This document shows positions 55,897 to 64,000 of a DNA stretch of 64,000 nt, in pieces. A program made the position numbers and the translations under genes. The stretch comes from Octopus sinensis. Taxonomy: Eukaryota. The stretch is from positions 39,370,001 through 39,434,000 of the forward strand of contig NC_043010.1 in the NCBI RefSeq assembly GCF_006345805.1, read 5' to 3'. The notes under the pieces are model-generated. The model was not told where the DNA came from and made no database searches. It worked only from the letters and a program-made list of their open reading frames with translations. Every line of letters begins with the position of its first letter. The first letter of the stretch is position 1.

Positions 55897-57050
55897 CAGA
55901 TTAGGCTTTTGGAAAACAAAAATGTTCTAACATCGGGTTACAGCAAGTAACCGTAGATGCCAACAACCCTTCTAAGTATCTTACTTGTCCCTAATAATAC
56001 TGTTTTCTGGAGTTGTACTAAACTATTTTTTCTATACCTCTCATATTAAGTTTGTCATCATTTGTGAATGCAAAGTCAATTATCTGGCACTGTTTATTCT
56101 CTTTATCTACTACTAAATCAAGCCTTAATATGTCAGTCTGAATGTTCAAGTCCCACAGCAACTTATATTTCTTACTTTCTAGCACATTACTAGGTTCATA
56201 TTCATACGATTTTTCAGTATGGTAAAATCTTAGCTTTCTACAAAATTCCCTGTGAATTACTCTGCCTAGGATGTCTTTTCTTGTATTCTTTCTTTGCCAG
56301 CATGCTATATTCACTTACTATATGAATAACACTTTCTTCTTTTGATTTGCATAATCTGCATAGCGAATCTATTTGGTTTTTGTCTATCTTGCCTTTTATC
56401 CAATTAGTTCTTCATGCCCGATATTGTGCTGCTACTAGCAAGCTTTCTGTCTCCCTTTCCAGCCTTCGTTTTTGCAAACATAACCATGTCTCACTACCAC
56501 TATTTGCTACAACTATCTTTGGGAATCTACCTGCCAGTCAAATAACGTTCTTCTTTATTTTCGGATTTCAACTTCATTCACTATTCCCTACATAGGAGTC
56601 TATATCTGCTATAGCTAACTGTACGTAATCTTCTACTAATATTAACCCTCTTCCACGTTCCTTTTTAGGTAAGTATAATCTTTCTACACCACCCCTTGGG
56701 TGGAGACCTCCATTCATATTGAGTTCTTCTTGGTTTTTCTGTCTAGCTTTGCTAATTTAGATTTTGTCCAATCTTCAAAAGCTGCTGGGTATCTAAGTAA
56801 TGATACCTTCACTAGATTCGGATCATTTAGCTTTGATTCATAAACATCCTCATTCTTCTGACGTACTCCTTCTCAATATTGTCTTTCATTTCCGTCAGAT
56901 TCTGGTAATCCTACATACATATAACTCTCACCTCCTTTCAATGATTTTAATGTCTGGCCATCTGATAATTGGATGCCTTCCCTGTTGACTACCTGTCTTC
57001 TTCTCATGACTAATATTGCACACTTATCCATGCCAAATTCCATGCCTATA
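55897..57050 (-). mobile_element. R4/Dong-like retrotransposon fragment (RT C-terminus, zinc knuckle, REL)
   Basis: Minus strand IGMEFGMDKCA, GGLHPRGGVERLYLPKKERGRGL, and LLWDLNIQTD..DLVVDKENKQCQIIDFA. (ATT)n at the 3' flank. Confidence 0.85.
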
Positions 57051-57218
57051 GCTTGGCTAAAATTTCTTACATTTATGTTGAGGAAATGCTTAATTTTCCT
57101 ATTCTAATTCTAAACTGGTACCCAACCTTTCCCTTCCTTAATACTAAACTGAGGGGGATCAAACATAAGACAAATATTAAAGTGAACGTCGAGTCTCCTT
57201 GGAAAATTTCCCACTTGA

Positions 57219-57352
<134 letters not shown>

Positions 57353-57705
57353 TTTTATCATTGTTCGCAAAATCTAAGGAATGCTGGGAAAATGCTTTAC
57401 GTTATTTCATCTAATACTTTACGTTGCATTCCTTCGGGGATTATAAACTAAATTATCTGTCAAATACAGGACTCGATGGAATTGGCTAATCAGTGACTCT
57501 TAATTACGTTATCATTTAATCCCTTTCCGAGGCCATCAGATGTCTTTCTGCAGCAATTTATTTTTACTAAACGAGTAACATATGACCCACCGCGCAATGA
57601 CGAATATTATAATTCCAGTCAGGAAACTTTTGAATTCCCTCTCATTTTATTCTCAAGCGGCGAGTAATATTATGTAATTACTAATATTACCACTTATCAC
57701 TATAC

Positions 57706-57757
<52 letters not shown>

Positions 57758-57773
57758 TAATAATAATAATAAT

Positions 57774-58712
57774 AGAGAGCGAATGCAGATATCGACAAAG
57801 CCCTGACCCATCAATGGCTAATGGCCTCTGGCTTAAAATCTGAAACAGAGGGGTTTATCATAGCAGCTCAAGATCAATGCCTACCAACAAGAAACTACCA
57901 GGCCAACATATTAAAGATCAGAAGCAGTCCAACGTGTCGTGTATGCAAGCAACAAAATGAAACCATTGACCATGTGGTCTCCAAGTGCAGTCTTCTAGCG
58001 CCTACAGAGTATCTCAACAGGCACGATAGAGCTGCACAATATATTCACTGGGTAATCTGTAAAAACCTGGATTTGCCCCATGAAAAAAACTGGTGGGAAC
58101 ACAAACCACCCCCAGTGCTTGAAAATGACCATATCTCACTCCTCTGGAACTTCACCATTCAAACTGACAGGAAGATAGATGCAAATAGGCCAGACATAAT
58201 ATTGAAAGACTTCAAACAAAGAACATGCCTCCTCATTGATATGACTGTCCCAATCGATATAAACGTATCTGTCAAGACCTACCAAAAACTGAGCAAATAT
58301 AAAGATCTTGAAATAGAAATCAGCAAAATGTGGAAGCTGAAGACTAAAACAATACCTGTTGTCATAGGTGCCCTGGGAATGATAGCAAAAGGGGCTGATA
58401 GCTACCTAACTCAGATACCAGGAAACCCAAAAATGTTCAAAAGATAGTGCTCATGGGAACTGCTCATATCCTACGCAAAATACTCTCTATGTAATCTCAA
58501 GGTTTAAAACAAACATAATTTTCGGTTAAAAAAAAAAAAAAAAAACCTTTTTTTTTATTTTAGACATTCATTAGTACAACATCCCCACCCCCCAAATATA
58601 TGGCACACTAGGCATAACCACAACATGAACTTCCAAACCTGTTGTCTCTTGAGGTCTCTGGGTGAGACTTGGAGCCAACTTGTACAAATATAAAGCAAAA
58701 GTCAAACATAGA
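57774..58712 (+). mobile_element. Young 5'-truncated R4/Dong-like retrotransposon inserted in (AAT)n
   Basis: (AAT)n on both sides; ORF C-terminus plus a 3' UTR of about 220 bp. Confidence 0.9.
57776..58494 (+). pseudogene. C-terminal CCHC zinc knuckle plus restriction-like (PD-D/ExK) endonuclease of a non-LTR retrotransposon
   Basis: LKSETEGFIIAAQDQ, CRVC..ETIDHVVSKC, RHD, RPDIILKD..CLLIDMTVP, K..KYKDL. A frameshift near 58435 precedes QKIVLMGTAHILRKILSM*. Confidence 0.9.
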
Positions 58713-58735
58713 ATAATAATAATAATAATAATAAT

Positions 58736-59140
58736 TTGTCTTGGTATAAAAGATGGGCTACTGCAAATATTCTGCTCAATACCACAGATTTGCTTGTCAG
58801 TTGTTTGACCTTAACCAGTTGACCATATCCCTTAGTGGCTGACGGTATGTGCATCTCTGACCATGAGCAGAAGTAGTGGGGGAGCATCATAGCCATGTGT
58901 TGAAAGGTATTCTTAGAGTTTTGGATAATTCACTTCTGGAAACATGGGTGGTTCATTCAACATCCTTAAACAATCCTTTTAAGCGAGATGGGCCCCACCT
59001 GTAAGGTCATGCGCTGTTTATATTGATATGAGATCACCATGTTGCGCACACATGGATGTGATGGTAGTCAGGATGGGTATACTGGACTTCGTATATTTTA
59101 CCCCAGTTTCACTTTCATGGCATGCACTGCTCTCTCACTC
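58736..59140. repeat. Unclassified element of about 400 bp bounded by (AAT)n on both sides
   Basis: Higher-GC complex sequence with sharp (AAT)n boundaries; single copy in this window; no protein motif recognised. Confidence 0.45.
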
Positions 59141-59152
59141 AATAATAATAAT

Positions 59153-59219
<67 letters not shown>

Positions 59220-59370
59220 CCTTTCTACTACATGCACAAAGTCTGAAATTGTAGGGGAGGCGACTAGTCAATAACAGCAATCCTAGTGCTTAATTGGTAT
59301 TTATTTTATCGACTCCGAAGTAACGCTAAGCATTTCGTCTGGCAGGGTAACGATTCTGTGAGCTTTTCGC
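59220..59370 (-). mobile_element. SINE family B, internally deleted
   Basis: Tail, then ttttatcgactccgaa joined directly to aacgctaagcatttcg. Confidence 0.65.
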
Positions 59371-59399
59371 TTTGTTAAAGAGAAAAAGAATAATCCTTC

Positions 59400-60050
59400 C
59401 TAGCATAGTCGATAAGGGCTTGGCCAAAGAGGAGTCTATGTGTCTCCTAGTCCTTTCAACCGCGTCCACTACATTAACTCTTTCGCTAAAACCATAAGAA
59501 AGTGGAAAACTGCCTTCCCTTCCCGGTCAACAAAAGGTGTCGGTGCGTGCGATCTTCACGACAAACAACCAAATCCCTGTTACAGGCGTCGACAGCTGTT
59601 CAACGAAACTTTACAAGTCAGTGATGTCCGGACACTGGTCGAATGCTCGCAGAGCGGTTTTATCGACCTGCGCACATCTCCGACAGGTCAGTTTGATTGC
59701 ATTTCCGTACCTGTAGAGATCATCTTGAATCAGCAGAGGCTTCAGGTAACACTGTCAGGTCAGGGATTTATGGAAATAATCCACAAGGAATCCATATGTC
59801 CAGTGACAAAAGCCGTCCGGGGAAGAAAAGGTTAATAGATATCTCCCGACGCCCAAAGTTTCTTCGAGATCATTGTCGCACTTAACTGCCACCAATCTCC
59901 TAGATAACTCCACTTTGGAACTTCCACTGACCGCATTGCCTGAGTAGCAGAGGTATACCAGCGCTTGCCGATACACCAGGTGCTCAGTCTACGCTTGATT
60001 CAGCACTAAATGCTTTGCCTGAGTCTCATGGGAGACTGAGCCGCTTGCGC
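59400..60050 (-). mobile_element. L1/Tx1-like LINE ORF2 C-terminal remnant
   Basis: Minus strand ..IQDDLYRYGNAIKLTCRRCAQVDKTALRAFDQCP resembles a decayed zf-RVT (C-x2-C..ET..H...C), followed by a WTRLKG-like segment. Confidence 0.55.
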
Positions 60051-61576
60051 AGTAGCATTATGCATGACCAAAATACCTACCTGCTAGTAAATGACGAAAA
60101 TAATTACCCCTCAAAGCTTACGATCAATTAATTACATGTCACACAACCGAGTATAACATACTCACATTCATCTTTCAGATGTATAACAAAATAGGCCGTT
60201 TTTGACGGATAACAAGATATTCTCCAGTGAACAAAGAGTTGTCAACGTGTTCACATAGTTTTAACCAATTGGATGGTCCTTCACGACTGCCATAAACGAC
60301 GCAAATATCTTTTATTTGCCTGTATTAATTGCAAAAATGTGTTTCAAATGAGACTTGTGAACTTCCTGCAGATATCGTTGGAATTAGAGGAATGTTACCA
60401 GTATCATTATTCCGAACAAAATCGAATTTTAATGTAATGAAATGATGTTAAACGACAATGCAATAAAGTTTGTTTTCTAAAATCTTCGAACGTTCTCTTC
60501 GTATTATTTGCCATTCACCACTGATTCGTGAGAAAGAACCATACATCACTTTTCCACGACGTGCAATAGCACATTTTCAGTATGAGATGTGCTAATTGGC
60601 CGAAATCTTTCCTCACTATTCACCTCACTTTTATTGTTTACAGTCAGTTTTGGATGGATATAAAATCTTAATTCGTATGGATTCTGCTAAATACTGTAAA
60701 AAAAATACTTTGGCCTGTCTTCTACCATACACATTTCATTCTACATCTATACTGAAAATTAAAAGACGATTGTTATGAAGAGCAGTAATCTCAGAGTTAA
60801 TTATATCAGGATTGTAGCCGATTTAAGTTCCCCTTATCCAAACTGAACGCACCCCACCAAATAAAAAAAAACGACAACTACACGATACATGGTATAGAAC
60901 ACCTGAAATTAAAAAAAGTTTTTCAACTATCGCCTTATATTTTCTTCGGTGCTCAACCGATTCTGAGGGCTAGACAGGAATGTATTATGTAATAGTTGCT
61001 TTATAACTGAATCGAAATTGCATAGAAACCGAAAATAATTACTATGAATTTGGTTAAATTCTTCCAATAGATGTAAATAATAAAGATAAGCAAAATTATG
61101 AAACGCCATAGTATTTCTTCTATATTAATCAAACCATTTTTATAGTTCACAACTATAAGCTGCTCATAAAATTTCAGTGGATTATTGGATAATGGAATAA
61201 TATATAATTGATGCTTTTTTATATATATTTCCCATGAGTATCAAAATATTTATATTTGTAGAGAAATACGAAGAATAGTAATTTAAATAATTATGCAGCT
61301 GAATGGGTGTAATAAACTTCAAAATAAATAGTTATATAATACAATAGATGAATGCTATATTAGAATTAGATATCAAACGTATTCAATACATAAAAAGCAA
61401 AAATATCAACAGCGACTCAGAGAGACAGAGGAACAATTCAATTACACAATCACACACATTCACATATATATATGTATGTATACACACGCACGCACGCACT
61501 CTCACAACACACACACATATACATATGTACATATATATACGTATAAGTATATATAAATATATATATATGTATATGC

Positions 61577-61633
<57 letters not shown>

Positions 61634-61870
61634 CATACATATATATATTTCTCTCTCTCATACACATAAAGAAACATAGACACAGACACACACACAATTA
61701 TCTTATTAAGTCGGTGTCAACAAAGAAAGGGCACGCGAAAAAGTTACAGCTGTTTTAATAACTGTAATAGATTATTCAACGAAGTCTTTCAATACAAGTT
61801 TTTTTTATATATTTTGTTAGAAAATGAAGTGTATAAGAAAATAGGGAACACTCATCGTTTCAAATATCTG

Positions 61871-63145
61871 TTGGGTCATCCCATAAATAATGCGGTTTTT
61901 TCAATTGCATGAACTAAAAGCCGGAGATGGTTGAATAAACTCCCTTCATCAACTTACTATAAAAGCAGGTAGTAATTTAATCCTGTTCTTATTCTTAGTA
62001 GAAGTTTCGAAGGGTGCAGTTCGATTTTAAGTTATTTTTTCAAAGGTATGATGGAAGTGGCAAAGGAGCACATTTGCCATATTTTACTTTATGGGTTCAT
62101 TAAAGGAAACAGCCCAACGGAAAGTGCGAAGAATATTAATGCAGTATATGGACATCGGACAATAAGCCTAAGCCAGTGTCAACGGCTGTTCCAGAAATTC
62201 CGAGCCGGAGACTATAGCTTAGAAGATGACCCTCGTCCGGGAAGATCTGTAGAGCTCGATGAGTTCGTCCTGCAAACTCTGGTGGAACAAAATCCCATCG
62301 TAACTGTTGAGGAACTAGCAGAAACGTTTGGATTTGGTAATTCAACCATTTATCGACACCTGAGTTCCATCAGAAAAGTCAGGAAAATGGGTTAGTTGGT
62401 TCATCACAAACTTTCCGAGTTTAATCGTGCGCAGAGTGTCAATGTGTGCTCTTCTTTGGTGTCATATCTCACGAATGAACCATTTTTGGACCTAATAGTG
62501 ACTGGTAACGAGAAATGGTTTCTCTATAAAAATGTCAAGCGCCGAAGATATTCAGTAAGGAAAGGAGAAACACCAACACTCCAGGCAAAAGAAGGACTTC
62601 CCCCATGTAAGGTGTTGTTATCTTTTAGGTGAGATATGAAATGTTTAGTCCACTTTGAACTTTTAAACCCAAAACTAACGATAACAAAGGTGATCTACTG
62701 CGAGCAGCTTGAACGGCTTATGTCAACGCTAGAAGAAAAACGACCATCCTTGTGTTGAAGACGATAGAGGTTCCATCAGGATAATGCGCGGCCACACTAC
62801 AGAGAGGATGATATTCCAAAAGGTGGAGTAGTTTGAATGGTGCACGACCTACCATATTCGCCGGACATTGCCCCACCTGATAAACATTTATTCCGCAGTC
62901 TTCAAAACCATTTGGACTGAAATAATAGGAATTCTGTAGATGAAGTCAGATCATTAGTGGAAGAGTATTTTCCATCATGGGCAAATGAAATTTTGAAGTG
63001 GGGCCTTGCAAGTCTAACAGACAGATGGGAGATCAATGTAGAAAATGAGAGTGAGTATATTTTAGATTAAAAAAGAACTTTGTTTATTTTAATTTTGAAA
63101 AATAAAAGAAGTATAACAAACTGCATTATTAATGGGATGATTAAA
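61871..63145 (+). mobile_element. Full-length degenerate mariner DNA transposon (about 1.28 kb)
   Basis: Imperfect TIRs ttgggtcatcccataaataatgcggttt / aaactgcattattaatgggatgattaaa, followed by TA, enclosing a transposase pseudogene. Confidence 0.92.
62048..63070 (+). pseudogene. Mariner (DD34D-type) transposase pseudogene
   Basis: HTH region, LEDDPRPGR, LVHHKL (WVPHEL), VTGNEKW (TGDEKW), FHQDNARPH and PPYSPDIAPPD. In-frame stops and frameshifts. Confidence 0.92.
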
Positions 63146-63153
63146 TACTTAAT

Positions 63154-63285
63154 GAAATGCCGCCGAGGTCGACTTTGCCTTTCATCCTTTCGGGGTCGAT
63201 AAAGTAAGCTCCAGTTGCGTTCTGGAGTCGATCTAATCGACTGTCCCCCTCCTCCCAAATTCCGGGCCTTGTGCCTAGAGTAGAA
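63154..63285 (+). mobile_element. 5'-truncated SINE family B with 11-bp TSD at the mariner end
   Basis: Core and tail; TSD aaatacttaat at 63143-63153 and 63286-63296. Confidence 0.88.
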
Positions 63286-63527
63286 AAATACTTAATCACA
63301 CACTACACTGTACATACTTATTGTATGGTTAAGATGTGGTAGTCAAGTGGTTCCACGTTCGATTCTACTGCTTGCTTTTTACCATAACTTCTGGTAAACT
63401 ATGCATGGGTAGAATTCTAGATGAAAAATGGTGTGTAGAGGTCTGCCTACACGCATACACGCGCGCGTAGATGCACAGACACATAATATTCATATATACG
63501 TGTTAGATATTTATATAATTATATATA

Positions 63528-63629
<102 letters not shown>

Positions 63630-64000
63630 ACATATGTGTGTGTGTTTGTGTGTGTTTATGTGTGTATAGGTATGTGTGCACTGAGTTACAGAGTCTCACA
63701 ACTACCGACATTGTGATGCAAGTTAAATTCCACTTTGAAATTGTTGTGATTTTCCATTGCTAGCATTCCATATTTCTTCTTAGTATTTCAGTGAAACAAT
63801 TAAATCCCTCTGCAAATATATTACTTTAGCTGATTTTTTTACCATTCATCTGTAAACTATGTTCGATTGGCTAAATTTACTTGAAGTATAAACCTGCGTA
63901 AAATTGTGAACCAACTAACCAATTTTCAATGACTGTAACAAGGGAAACATCATAGATCTGCAAATTTTCAAATAAACATCTCCCTTAAACGGAAATTGCG

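Noticed and set aside
57776-58494. Possible domesticated stand-alone endonuclease gene
   Set aside because: The frame starts at the microsatellite junction, has a 3' frameshift and keeps the element's 3' UTR; a young 5'-truncated insertion explains it.

Overview
Eukaryotic, very AT-rich, microsatellite-dense DNA with no recognisable host gene. The repeat content resembles a cephalopod (Octopus-type) genome; this is inferred from the SINE families, not verified. The window holds: (i) three abundant tRNA-derived SINE families; (ii) seven 5'-truncated R4/Dong-like (REL-endonuclease) non-LTR retrotransposon remnants, all oriented with (AAT)n on their sense strand, including a near-identical tandem duplicate; (iii) a full-length dead mariner, a mariner fragment, a hAT-type MITE, Helitron-like ends, and L1/Tx1- and RTE-like remnants; (iv) many short, often palindromic elements, mostly inside (TA)n tracts, that carry hammerhead-ribozyme motifs and look like Penelope-type pseudo-LTR derivatives. 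At least two of these hammerheads have an intact catalytic core (31829-31877 and 45767-45804, both minus strand). A 43-bp hairpin at 50116-50205 has five mismatches that are all G-U wobbles on the + strand. Almost all ORFs in the supplied track are microsatellite artefacts. All alignments and folds were done by eye, so element boundaries are approximate.
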